Part shown: piece by piece, positions 1 through 9,083 of the stretch
Position numbering within the stretch: position 1 is the stretch's first letter
How the letters are laid out: each line of letters starts with the position of its first letter
Assembly (NCBI GenBank): GCA_036846145.1
Contig: DAIUCM010000002.1
Coordinates: 15,345 to 79,344 of the forward strand
Reading direction: 5' to 3'
DNA length: 64,000 nucleotides
Source: Bacteroidota bacterium
GTDB lineage: Bacteria; Bacteroidota; Bacteroidia; CAILMK01
Translations under genes and position numbers: made by a program
The notes under the pieces: model-generated
Database searches by the model: none
Told to the model about the DNA's origin: nothing
The model's input: the letters and a program-made list of their open reading frames with translations, nothing else

Positions 1-255
1 TATAAAAGGAAGTATTTTTTCGATGGTATGTAAATCGAAATCATGTACCGCCTGCAGCTCGTAAATGGAAATAAACTCGCCGAATTGTTTCCGGTGATTC
101 AATATTGCCTGTATTTGCGCGGGCGTTAAAATATAAAGATGCTGAAGATCTTCCTGGCTGGCGCGGTTAAGGTTCAGCGGATGCTCATAAAAATAATTCA
201 GCCAGTAATACAGATCGGTAAAATCCACTTCGCCTTCCAGCTCTTCCGCGCGCAT
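1..255 (-). CDS. helix-hairpin-helix (ComEA-like) domain protein, 5' part only (gene runs off window start)
   Basis: Stop-free reverse-strand frame from ~330 to 1 translating MRAEELEGEVDFTDLYYWLNYFYEHPLNLNRASQEDLQHLYILTPAQIQAILNHRKQFGEFISIYELQAVHDFDLHTIEKILPFI; repeated HhH-like 'L..LP.I...A..I...R...G.F.S..EL' motifs; first ATG at 255. Confidence 0.4.
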   Translation of the reverse strand, partial: MRAEELEGEVDFTDLYYWLNYFYEHPLNLNRASQEDLQHLYILTPAQIQAILNHRKQFGEFISIYELQAVHDFDLHTIEKILPFI

Positions 256-349
256 TTCGATCAGCTGCTGCAGGTGCGTTTCTTTTAATTCTTCCTGCCC
301 AAAGCATTTTTCCGGCAGTATATATATGGTAAACAACACCAGTATTATA

Positions 350-1189
350 CTATAAACCTGTTTCCGGCCTGCCATATTGCAAGGTAATATTTGGTGTGGA
401 ACCTAAGATGCCATAAACGCCGAAACCAAGGTGAATTTTAACATTTTTATGGTAGAAACCTGCGCCGAAAGTATAAGCAACAGCCTGGGTACGGAAACCT
501 GCCTGCAGCTCGATTTTATCGTTCGGCTTATATTCAAGGCCGAGTTTTACGCTTGTTTTCTGCTTTATTTCGTGCGCTGCTTCGGCAACAATTGTAATAT
601 GCTGGCTTAGCCGGTGATTTGCGCCGAAGCGTACAATTTGTGGCAGGCGCTCATTCTGGTAAATGCTGAACCTGGGCGGAGAAACATTCCACACAAGGAG
701 CGAAACATCCGTCTGGCTATTTAATTTATATAGAACCGAAATATCGCCGATGGCAACAGTAAGCCTGCCGTAAGGCTCGGCAATGCGGGTGTGCAAGGCA
801 TGGAAACCAACCCCTGCGCTTACCTGCCTGTTTAGCTTCAGGCCATAAGCCAAAGTATATTTTTGCTGCTGGAAATATGGCGACGCGCCAAAAATATACA
901 GTCCGCCGCCTAGTGTGCCTGCCTTGCCTTTTTGTAATGGTAAAGCTGCGGTAAAAGCGCCGTTGGTAAGCTCCTTTAAGTTGAATTTACGCTCCGCCCA
1001 AACACCGGCGCCGGCATTTTGCAGCCATGCAAGCTGCGATGGATTATTATGTACCGCCCAAACATCTGTTAGCCCAAGGCTTGCATCGGCGAGTGAATTA
1101 GCCCTGCCACCCGCATAATATGGCGACTGTGCCTTTGCCCGGAACAAAAGCACAAACAGCAATAATATGATATATTTAGATTTTCGCAC
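350..1189 (-). CDS. outer-membrane beta-barrel protein with signal peptide; possible T9SS-associated PorP/SprF/PorQ-like partner of the upstream type-B CTD protein
   Basis: 279 aa, N-terminal signal peptide (MRKSKYIILLLFVLLFRAKAQ), alternating amphipathic beta-strand composition; located two genes downstream of a type-B CTD cargo gene, the usual position of PorP/SprF-family genes; canonical PorP N-terminal QDPQFSQY motif not seen. Confidence 0.4.
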   Translation of the reverse strand: MRKSKYIILLLFVLLFRAKAQSPYYAGGRANSLADASLGLTDVWAVHNNPSQLAWLQNAGAGVWAERKFNLKELTNGAFTAALPLQKGKAGTLGGGLYIFGASPYFQQQKYTLAYGLKLNRQVSAGVGFHALHTRIAEPYGRLTVAIGDISVLYKLNSQTDVSLLVWNVSPPRFSIYQNERLPQIVRFGANHRLSQHITIVAEAAHEIKQKTSVKLGLEYKPNDKIELQAGFRTQAVAYTFGAGFYHKNVKIHLGFGVYGILGSTPNITLQYGRPETGL

Positions 1190-1241
1190 AAAGCATTTTT
1201 ACAGTATTATATATATGCTTTTTATGCGAAATGGTTTAATA

Positions 1242-1550
1242 TCAGGCAGTAAATGATGGGAAAGCCGGTGAAACTTCTTCTACGCTCCAGGCTTCGGCCT
1301 TAAAAGCGAAAAGTGCTTTTGTGCGTTTCCAGGTTTGCGCAAAAAGCGCTGAATTTCTGTAGGCATGCAGCGATGTTTCATTGTCCCAAATGCTGTATGT
1401 AAATAAAATATTGGGCGTATTTTTATCCTGCAACAGGCGCAAATGCGAACAACCGGGAAAGGAGCTGATCTTTGGGTAAACTTCGGCGAAAAGCTTCAGA
1501 AAATTATCTGTTTCTTCATCGCGGAAGTGCATTTTCACAATTCGTATCAT
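1242..1550 (-). CDS. small hypothetical protein (possible ABM/Dabb-like alpha+beta barrel)
   Basis: 102-aa ORF between T9SS cargo gene and beta-barrel gene, same strand; no strong motif. Confidence 0.35.
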   Translation of the reverse strand: MIRIVKMHFRDEETDNFLKLFAEVYPKISSFPGCSHLRLLQDKNTPNILFTYSIWDNETSLHAYRNSALFAQTWKRTKALFAFKAEAWSVEEVSPAFPSFTA

Positions 1551-1619
1551 ATATGCAAAGCTCAGGAAATACTTGCTGTATAAGAAGAAATCTACCTTTA
1601 AAAATTTTTACCAGGAATA

Positions 1620-4484
1620 TCAGCGAAGCAAAGTAACCGTGCCTTTGTAAAACTTGCCGCCAATGGTTATGAGGTAAAAATAAGTACCATCGGCCAGCTG
1701 TTTGCCGTTGCGGCTGTCGGTTCCGTCCCAGCAGTATTTATCGTTCCGGAAAACAAGCTCGCCCCAGCGGTTATAAATGTGCATTTCGGGCACGCATTTG
1801 ATATCATAATTTTTAATTATCGCACCGAAACATTCATTCTGGCCATCGCCATTTGGAGTAATTACATTCGGGATATAAAAATCCAGATCGTTAAACTCAG
1901 GGAAGTCAAAGGCAAAAGGTTTGGTATCTGTACATTTTGCGCCGGCAGTAGTCAGCAGGAAACCATTAACTTTTTCACCATACGGAAACTCAAGCACCGG
2001 GTTAGCTTCGGTAGAAACTACCTGGTTATTTACGTACCATATATAACTTAAGCTATCAGTTGCGGTTGTTGCAAAACTAACTGTGTTCCTGTCGCAGGCT
2101 TGTTTTATTTCGTAAGCCAATTCCACAACAGGATTATCAACCGTAATGGTTACAGAATCGGTTACGCTGCAGCCTTTAAATGTTTTTGTTACGCGGTAGG
2201 TAATAGTTTCCTGCGGTATGGCAATTGGGTTGGGAATATTCGCATTGCTCAACCATTTTTGTGGCGACCAATATATGGAATAGCCATCATTGGCTGAAGT
2301 TGTGCCCAGTTGCACCTGTTTTCCATAACAAATAGCAGTATCATTTATGGTGAAAACATAATCGGCAGGATCTAAAATAGTTATGTTTTTACTGAAAAAC
2401 GTTGTGCAGTGGCCTGCTTTTGAACGCAGCTGCACCGTATAGGTTCCGTTTGCCGGGAAGGTAAACACCGGGCTATGTAAAGTGGAAGTATCTGCAAGGC
2501 TGGTATCTACGCCAAAATCCCAGTAAAAACTATCGCCTTTGCCCTGGTTGATGAATGAAACCTGCTTTGTACAAACGGAATCGGGCACGGTAAAATCTGC
2601 AACAGGATCATAAACCACAATCTTTACCGAATCTCTGTAAACACAATTGAGGAAAGTTTTGGTAACGTAATAGGTAATGGATTCCTGCGGTGTTGCCAGC
2701 GGATTAACCGAGGAATTATCATCCAGCCATTTATCGGGCAGCCAGCTGACTTTATAAGCCTGCTCCGTTGTATCTGCACCAATTTTCAGTGAAGCGCCGG
2801 CACAAATTGCAGTGTCATCTACAGCCAGTTTATAGCCTTCTAAAGTGTGAATGGTTATATTTTTAGATATTGTATTTGTACAAACTCCGGTTTTGGCAAG
2901 CAGTTTAACCGTGTAAGTTCCGGTACCGGGAAATGTAAAAACAGGATTTTTTAAGGTTGATACATCGGTATCTGAATTTGCGACACCAAAATCCCAGTAA
3001 AAGCTATCGGCGCTGCCAAGGTTGGTAAAAGCTACTTCCCTCCTGCAAAAAAGCTGCGGCGCAAAAAAATCGGCCCGCGGATTATTTACTTTAACGGTAA
3101 CCGTATTGGTATAAGTACATTGCTGGAAAGATTTTGTAACTATGTAAGTTGTGGTTTCCTGCGGCCTGGCTACAGGGTTTGGCACAGAAGTACTGCTAAG
3201 CCATTTATCTGGCGACCATGATATGGTATAACCATCAGTGCTTGTAGTTGTGCCTAAATTCAGCGAATCGCCCAGGCAAATTACAGTATCGTTTATAGCG
3301 AAGAAATAATCTTTCGGATCTTTTATAATAATTTCCCTGGAAAAGCTATCGTAACAATTCCCCGAAAGGGCAACCTGCCATACTTTATATGTACCGTTTG
3401 CCGGGAAAGTAAAAACCGGGTTAAATGCAGTTGATGTATCATTCTCTGTACCAGCCACGCCAAAATCCCAGAAAAAGCTATCGCCCGTACCCAGGTTTGT
3501 AAACTGTACTTCTTTTTTACAATAAATTGGCGGCGCAGTAAAATTTCCCTTTACGGCAAACTGGCATGGCAAAACATTAAACTGGTAATCTCTTTTTGTT
3601 TCGCCAATAAGTGTGCCTTTACGATATTCCTTTACAGCCACGCCCACAACAAACTGCCCGAGCGTTTTTGGCAGAAAAGTAAGCTTGCCTGTTGTGGAAT
3701 CTATCTGTAATTTTGAGTTTGTGCCCAAAGCGAATTTCTCATTATAAGTACTACGCCATTGTATGGTATTGTATGGCGGGGCAGATGGCGGCCTGGGCAG
3801 CGAAAATGTAGCCGTACCGCCAATAAACGGTGTATATAGCTCATATGCAAGCGAATCGCCATCTGCATCAACTGCTGCATGGTCGAAAACAAAGGTTTCG
3901 TTTACACATAAAAAATTAGGCGGCAGGCTTTTAAAAACAGGCGCGGAATTGCTGTCAACCAAATTTACGCCCGGTATTCTGGTAAAATATGTAGCGCCCG
4001 TACTGGCCGGGTTTATAATATTGGTAATGGTACGGTTACGGCAGCAGCGCTGGTAAGCCAGTATGTAGCCATCGGCAGTATCTTTAAGCACAATGGTTTT
4101 GGTGTAAACGTACATATCCACACAGGCGTTGCTGGGCGGTACAATACAGGTGTAATTTGCGTTGTCTATACGTGTTGGCCCGGTTCGTTCTATGCTGAAA
4201 GAATCGAGTAAATTAAATTTAGAATCGAAAATGCCGATGTTGGCGAACCTGTCCTGCGCAATGGCTTGCGGCAGGCCGTTTACGCAATCTACAAACAATA
4301 CAAGCTTTATTTCGTACCTGTTGGAATCCTGCCTGGTATAGGTAATTTCTCCCCCAACAATGTGAGAAGCCCTTAATCCTGTACAGCATAATAAGCACAG
4401 CAGTACAACGGCACTAAACCTATGAAAAATTTTCATATGCCACCTCCCGGAAAAACAATATTTACAGCGCTGATTTTCATCCAT
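1620..4484 (-). CDS. T9SS type-B C-terminal sorting domain protein with three tandem PKD-like repeat modules
   Basis: 954 aa; signal peptide; three ~160-aa repeats each containing F(T/I)N(L/Q)G.GDSF(F/Y)WDFGV...NPVFTFP..GTY.V and ...GY.I.W.PDKWL....NP.A.PQE(T/S)(T/I)TY.VTK; C-terminus FYIPNVITPNGDGQNECFGAI...YNRWGELVF matches gliding-motility-associated CTD (TIGR04131-like). Confidence 0.75.
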   Translation of the reverse strand: MDENQRCKYCFSGRWHMKIFHRFSAVVLLCLLCCTGLRASHIVGGEITYTRQDSNRYEIKLVLFVDCVNGLPQAIAQDRFANIGIFDSKFNLLDSFSIERTGPTRIDNANYTCIVPPSNACVDMYVYTKTIVLKDTADGYILAYQRCCRNRTITNIINPASTGATYFTRIPGVNLVDSNSAPVFKSLPPNFLCVNETFVFDHAAVDADGDSLAYELYTPFIGGTATFSLPRPPSAPPYNTIQWRSTYNEKFALGTNSKLQIDSTTGKLTFLPKTLGQFVVGVAVKEYRKGTLIGETKRDYQFNVLPCQFAVKGNFTAPPIYCKKEVQFTNLGTGDSFFWDFGVAGTENDTSTAFNPVFTFPANGTYKVWQVALSGNCYDSFSREIIIKDPKDYFFAINDTVICLGDSLNLGTTTSTDGYTISWSPDKWLSSTSVPNPVARPQETTTYIVTKSFQQCTYTNTVTVKVNNPRADFFAPQLFCRREVAFTNLGSADSFYWDFGVANSDTDVSTLKNPVFTFPGTGTYTVKLLAKTGVCTNTISKNITIHTLEGYKLAVDDTAICAGASLKIGADTTEQAYKVSWLPDKWLDDNSSVNPLATPQESITYYVTKTFLNCVYRDSVKIVVYDPVADFTVPDSVCTKQVSFINQGKGDSFYWDFGVDTSLADTSTLHSPVFTFPANGTYTVQLRSKAGHCTTFFSKNITILDPADYVFTINDTAICYGKQVQLGTTSANDGYSIYWSPQKWLSNANIPNPIAIPQETITYRVTKTFKGCSVTDSVTITVDNPVVELAYEIKQACDRNTVSFATTATDSLSYIWYVNNQVVSTEANPVLEFPYGEKVNGFLLTTAGAKCTDTKPFAFDFPEFNDLDFYIPNVITPNGDGQNECFGAIIKNYDIKCVPEMHIYNRWGELVFRNDKYCWDGTDSRNGKQLADGTYFYLITIGGKFYKGTVTLLR

Positions 4485-4769
4485 GCCATTAGCTTAATTG
4501 CCTGTATAGCAAAAGCCCGGCAGGGAAAATATGTTCCCTTAGCAGCAGAGATATTTTTTACAGGATGATGAAAACAGTAAACGTAAAGATGTACTTAGCA
4601 TAAATGGCAGTTTTTTTTGTAAAAAAAAATTTCAGTTTGATATTTAAGGCGCTGTGAATATACGCATTAATGCCTGTTTTTCCAAAAAAATGATGCTTCA
4701 TTAGCAGCTGCATATATACTTTTGCCATAAAATGCTTTAATTTTACCGCACCCAAAAAACTAAACCAAT

Positions 4770-5198
4770 ATGTACCAGGGCATACTGCACGCACATTCTT
4801 ATCTTGCTTATTTAGTGCTGATAGGCTTGATCATTTCCATTATTAACGCCATTGCGAAAAGCAGCAAACCTTTTACCAATGCCGACCGCAAAATTTCCTT
4901 ACTGGGCCTCATTCCCGCGCACCTGCAATGGGTACTTGGTGTAATACTGTATTTTGTTTCACCGCTGGGCATACAAAGCGCTACCGAAGGTTTTATGAAA
5001 AACAGCAACCTGCGCCTGTACGTAATGGAACATCCGCTTACAATGGTTATTGCAGTTGTGCTGATTACCGTTGGCTATTCCCGCGCAAAAAGGATGATCG
5101 GCAGTGAGAAAGGCAATAAAAGCATTCTTATGTTTTACACTATTGGCCTTGTGCTTATTTTATTGCGAATCCCGTGGATCAGCTGGCCGGGCAACTAA
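4770..5198 (+). CDS. hypothetical integral membrane protein (about 4 TM helices)
   Basis: 142 aa, four hydrophobic segments; palindromic motif 35-70 nt upstream. Confidence 0.45.
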   Translation: MYQGILHAHSYLAYLVLIGLIISIINAIAKSSKPFTNADRKISLLGLIPAHLQWVLGVILYFVSPLGIQSATEGFMKNSNLRLYVMEHPLTMVIAVVLITVGYSRAKRMIGSEKGNKSILMFYTIGLVLILLRIPWISWPGN

Positions 5199-5494
5199 TT
5201 ATTGTTCAATATTATACAGCAGCTTTTAACAGCCCATTTGCATATAAGTATTCTCTTAAAAATGCTTTACACATTGGTTGTGAATAGGCAAGCTATTTGC
5301 AAACCAATGCAGTACGGGCAGTAAAAAGCGAACTGAATAATTATGGTTAAATAGCGCCAGATTTTATTATATCTTGATGTTCAGCTAAAGAAGTTAGTGT
5401 AAAGATCTAAGTAAGACACTTCCCTCAAACACTCGGCTGCAGCAGAGCGACTGTACAGGAGACTGTAACGAAAATGTTCTATTGATTCATTATT

Positions 5495-6550
5495 TCATTG
5501 CACAAACAGAAACTCGCCCGGAGAAACCCCAACCTGGAACTGGTGCTTAAACGCACCGCCGGATGTATAATGTAAAACGTAGCCTTGCTGCACATTATCA
5601 ACCGCATCGCTCACATAAATATCGTTGTTATTAGGATCTATGCCGAGGCCATAAAACTGCTTGCTGCCGGCCGTAATAAACGGTGTTTGCGGAAGAGCGT
5701 TATCAGTGACTGACATTCTGTAAACATCTTTATAGATGAAATATAATACATCGCCTTCAGCATTTATTTTAAGCTCGGAAACAGCTCTTGCTCTGCTCTC
5801 AAACTCAAAGGTTCTGATAATTCTTTTTGCATCGGGATCTATACAATACAGGTAGGAATTTTTACCGTTTACAGCGCCATCGCAAAGCACCCACAGTTTA
5901 TTGTTTTTATCCAGCTGCATCCATTGCGGCTCAGCTTTAACCATTAATACTTTGGTGATCGTATCTGTTCCTGCATCTATAACCAATATTTCCTGTTGCT
6001 TTGGCGCGCAGACGAATACCTCGCCTTTATGCATTATCATCTGCTCGGTCCAGTTATTCAGCAAAGTATCTTTATCCTGTTCATAACCTATCTTGCGCAA
6101 TACCTGGTAAGTTGATGGGTCTATTATCCATATTCCATTGGCATACAAATCGGTAACATAGGCTTTTGATGCATTCACCGGCAGGAAATACCGAGGCGAA
6201 TTAAGGCCTTCAATCAGCGCTTCGGACTTTAAGGTCTGGCTGTTGAGCACCTCAATTTTCTGCATATTGTTTACTACGGCAAAATACTTATCGTTATAAA
6301 GATACATGCTCTGGAAAACATCGCCGATGGGCCGGTTATTGATGCGCCGGAAAACATCATTCTCTACCTTCTGGCTATCAGGATTATACAAGCTCAGGCT
6401 GCCCGATGTTAGCGTAAAAGTGCCTTCGTTAATTACATAAACACCTTTGGAAACATCGCCTTTTGGCTGATCTAAATTTATCGGGTCATCATCCCTGCAC
6501 GTAGAAAAAGCAAAGCAGATAAGCAGTAAAAACGGAAAATATTTTTTCAT
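5495..6550 (-). CDS. YncE-like (YVTN/DUF5074-type) beta-propeller surface lipoprotein, translationally coupled to TonB-dependent receptor
   Basis: 351 aa; lipoprotein signal (LLLICFAFSTC); repeated Y-V-x-N/D-x-G blade motifs (VYVINEGTF, AYVTDLYANGIWIID, LWVLCDGAVNG, IYVSDAVDN); start overlaps TBDR stop by 4 nt (ATGA). Confidence 0.6.
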   Translation of the reverse strand: MKKYFPFLLLICFAFSTCRDDDPINLDQPKGDVSKGVYVINEGTFTLTSGSLSLYNPDSQKVENDVFRRINNRPIGDVFQSMYLYNDKYFAVVNNMQKIEVLNSQTLKSEALIEGLNSPRYFLPVNASKAYVTDLYANGIWIIDPSTYQVLRKIGYEQDKDTLLNNWTEQMIMHKGEVFVCAPKQQEILVIDAGTDTITKVLMVKAEPQWMQLDKNNKLWVLCDGAVNGKNSYLYCIDPDAKRIIRTFEFESRARAVSELKINAEGDVLYFIYKDVYRMSVTDNALPQTPFITAGSKQFYGLGIDPNNNDIYVSDAVDNVQQGYVLHYTSGGAFKHQFQVGVSPGEFLFVQ

Positions 6551-8457
6551 AATTTCTGAGTGAAATTTATAGCTGCGCCTAATTCAAACCATCGGCCCGG
6601 CATGGCGCGGAATTCTATGGCCTGGTAAGAAACATCTAACAGGTTATTGCATTTGGCAAAAGCGCGCAACGCAACATTTTTTAGAGTAAAGCCACTCTCC
6701 AGCTGCAAATTTACAATGCTGTAAGCGGGCAGAAAATAGGTTGGCGTATTTCGGCGCTGCGTGTATATATACTGCGCCGAAAAAATGCTTTTGCCGTAGC
6801 CTGCTGTTGCGCCCATTTGCGCTGTGTGAACAGGTACATAAATTAGCTGCCGGCCAACAGTTTTATCAAGTTCGCTCAAAGCGCGCTGGCTGGTGGAACG
6901 CACATAGCTGTATGCGCCGGAAACGTCTACTTTAAATCCGGCTACATCAACAGCTGTTTTTGATGAAATCTCTGTTCCGCGCGACCAAACTTTTTTAAGG
7001 TTTTGCGGCGTCCAGAATCCTCCCGAACCGGGCTGCCATTGTATGTAATTATCTACAGTTGTAGTAAAAAATGTCACCCCGTTCTGCCAGTTTATTTTTC
7101 CATTTTTTGATCGTAGCTGATTCTTACATCCGGCTTCTGCCGATAAGGCGTTTTCCGGCTGCAGGTTTGGATTTCCGCCCGGGTACCAGTATAAATCGTT
7201 CAATGTGGGATAGTTATAATTTCGTCCGATATTACTGTAAAAATCAAGCTTCTTATTTTTAATCACCTCGACATTTGCTGCTGCTGCGTACGATAGTACA
7301 TAGTTCTGGAAATTGAAAGTTTCAGGGCGCAATAAAAAGCTTAACTGTAAGCGCCTGATTCCGGCATACTGCAGGTTTACAGGAATACTTACCCGCTGCT
7401 GGCCTTTACGGTTGTATTTGGGCGATGTTGCCTCATCTGCAATAGCCTGTAAACCAGCATCTGCCTGCAGGCTCCTTAATTTTTTCCAGCGCAAATGCGG
7501 GTATATATAGTATCGCTGAAAAATGCTTCGGGAATGAATACCGGCAATTAAATTATCGTAATCCAGCTTTTCGCGGCTGTAACCTGCATCCAGAAAATAT
7601 TGCGTGTTTTCTGCATATTTACGGAGCTGGAAAGTTGCGCGTGCCGATGCATCATACTGCGTTTCGTTATTATTGGCGGTGATCAGCAGCGGAGGCAATT
7701 GCTTGTCCGCTTCCTGGTACCAGAAAGCCGCCGAAAACCATAACTTTTCCCTGATTTCACCATCCAGTGTTTGCACCCACCCGTATTGCCTGTACGCTGC
7801 ATTTTTTTGCCTTTCTTTTGGCAAACCTGGTTTCGTGGTATTGATAAATAAGAAATCGTTATCTGACTTTTGATGGTATATACGTGTGGAAGCCATTATT
7901 TTCTTCCCGTAACCGGCCCTGAATTGTGTTTGCCTTAAACCGAAACTACCGTAACTCTGCATCAGCTCGCCGCTCAGCTCATTTCTTTTTGATGAAACCG
8001 ATTGCATGGAAATATTACCGCCGAAACCGCCGCTTCCTTGCTGCAAACCTGCATTTCCGTATTGCAGTTCCACCGCATCTACCGCGAAAACCGGCACCAG
8101 GTTAAAATCCGCAACACCCAGCATGGGTGATGTTAAGGGCAGCCCGTTCCAATAGAGTTTTGTGTGCCCTGCCGCAGTACCGCGAAAACTGGGTAATGCC
8201 AACGCGCCCGGACCATAATTTTTAATAAAAACTGTTGAATTGCGGGTTAATAATTCTGCCAGCGAGTAATTTCGGTTGTTTGCCAGCACCAGCGAATCCA
8301 TTTCAACCATTTTCATACCCTGGAATGGTTTTGCTTTGCCGGTAATTTCTACTTCGGGCATTGTAAGCGAGTCGGGCGGTGTTTGGGAGAAAACTGCAGC
8401 AGGAAATATGCTCAACAAAAGCCATAGAACAACGCTGCAAATTTGTTTTCCTAGCAT
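6547..8457 (-). CDS. TonB-dependent receptor (plug + 22-strand barrel), small BtuB-like size
   Basis: 636 aa; signal peptide; plug-domain motifs (E.ITG....G....E..V.....R.YSLAELL, FIKNYGPGALALPSFRG, LYWNG.PL); size typical of BtuB/CirA class. Confidence 0.8.
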   Translation of the reverse strand: MLGKQICSVVLWLLLSIFPAAVFSQTPPDSLTMPEVEITGKAKPFQGMKMVEMDSLVLANNRNYSLAELLTRNSTVFIKNYGPGALALPSFRGTAAGHTKLYWNGLPLTSPMLGVADFNLVPVFAVDAVELQYGNAGLQQGSGGFGGNISMQSVSSKRNELSGELMQSYGSFGLRQTQFRAGYGKKIMASTRIYHQKSDNDFLFINTTKPGLPKERQKNAAYRQYGWVQTLDGEIREKLWFSAAFWYQEADKQLPPLLITANNNETQYDASARATFQLRKYAENTQYFLDAGYSREKLDYDNLIAGIHSRSIFQRYYIYPHLRWKKLRSLQADAGLQAIADEATSPKYNRKGQQRVSIPVNLQYAGIRRLQLSFLLRPETFNFQNYVLSYAAAANVEVIKNKKLDFYSNIGRNYNYPTLNDLYWYPGGNPNLQPENALSAEAGCKNQLRSKNGKINWQNGVTFFTTTVDNYIQWQPGSGGFWTPQNLKKVWSRGTEISSKTAVDVAGFKVDVSGAYSYVRSTSQRALSELDKTVGRQLIYVPVHTAQMGATAGYGKSIFSAQYIYTQRRNTPTYFLPAYSIVNLQLESGFTLKNVALRAFAKCNNLLDVSYQAIEFRAMPGRWFELGAAINFTQKL

Positions 8458-8466
8458 TTAAACGAT

Positions 8467-8862
8467 TTAATTTACAACCAGTTTTCGCTGTATTATTTCT
8501 TCATTCACAGCAACCATTTTCAGCATATATACACCTTTAGAAAAATGCTTTGAAGCGATATTTATACTGATATTTTTTTCGCCGTTTATTGCCTGATAAT
8601 AAATTTGTTGCCCATAGATATTATAAATTTCGAGCGCTTTATAAACTGTATTCACCAACTGCAATTGAATATTAACTGACCTGGAAATTTCTACCGGGTT
8701 CGGGAATATTTTTATACCTTGAAACTGAATATCATCATTCAATCCCAAAGCAACATTCCTCGTTTCGCCCATGGCATAACCATCGCCGTTTCCACCCAGG
8801 TACTGCGCTTTAGCTGAAGTAAAGCTCAGCAGGAATAATATTGCTATTACAAGATATTTCAT
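8467..8862 (-). CDS. small secreted protein consisting essentially of a T9SS type-A C-terminal sorting domain
   Basis: Signal peptide MKYLVIAILFLLSFTSAKAQ then ~110 aa ending IFPNPV..S..V.IQL......ALEIYNIYGQQIY......GEKNISI......KGVYMLKM (Por_Secre_tail pattern); first gene of the TBDR operon; ORF could start at 8901 (alt ATG). Confidence 0.55.
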   Translation of the reverse strand: MKYLVIAILFLLSFTSAKAQYLGGNGDGYAMGETRNVALGLNDDIQFQGIKIFPNPVEISRSVNIQLQLVNTVYKALEIYNIYGQQIYYQAINGEKNISINIASKHFSKGVYMLKMVAVNEEIIQRKLVVN

Positions 8863-8913
8863 ATCCATTAAAAAATTAAAAATGCAGTAAACCAATCTCA
8901 ATTATAAATTAAA

Positions 8914-9057
8914 AATTACGAATGCATCGTCGCGGTTTTCAGACGTTGCAATGCAACGTTTCTACAAAAGCCAACACCTATATTTTACATATATACCAGT
9001 TGCTAAAAATGCTTCAATACGTAAAATCCAAATCAGCGATTAACTGTCGCGACGCTG
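8914..9057. mobile_element. degenerate copy of MITE-like family 2 (AATTACGAATGCATCGTCGCGG ... CTGTCGCGACGCTG ends; AGACG..CGTCT hairpin; internal TATATA..AAAAATGC motif)
   Basis: Shares left-end block gcatcgtcgcgg and agacg-N-cgtct(c) hairpin with copies at 28068-28193 and 36761-36905; internal palindromic-motif half-site at 8989-9015. Confidence 0.45.
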
Positions 9058-9083
9058 AATTTTCAAATTTTCAGATCTGCATA

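Noticed and set aside
8902-9083. Possible cobalamin riboswitch upstream of the TBDR operon
   Set aside because: No B12-box-like (GCCACTG) or conserved riboswitch core was found. The region is instead a degenerate MITE with the palindromic motif.
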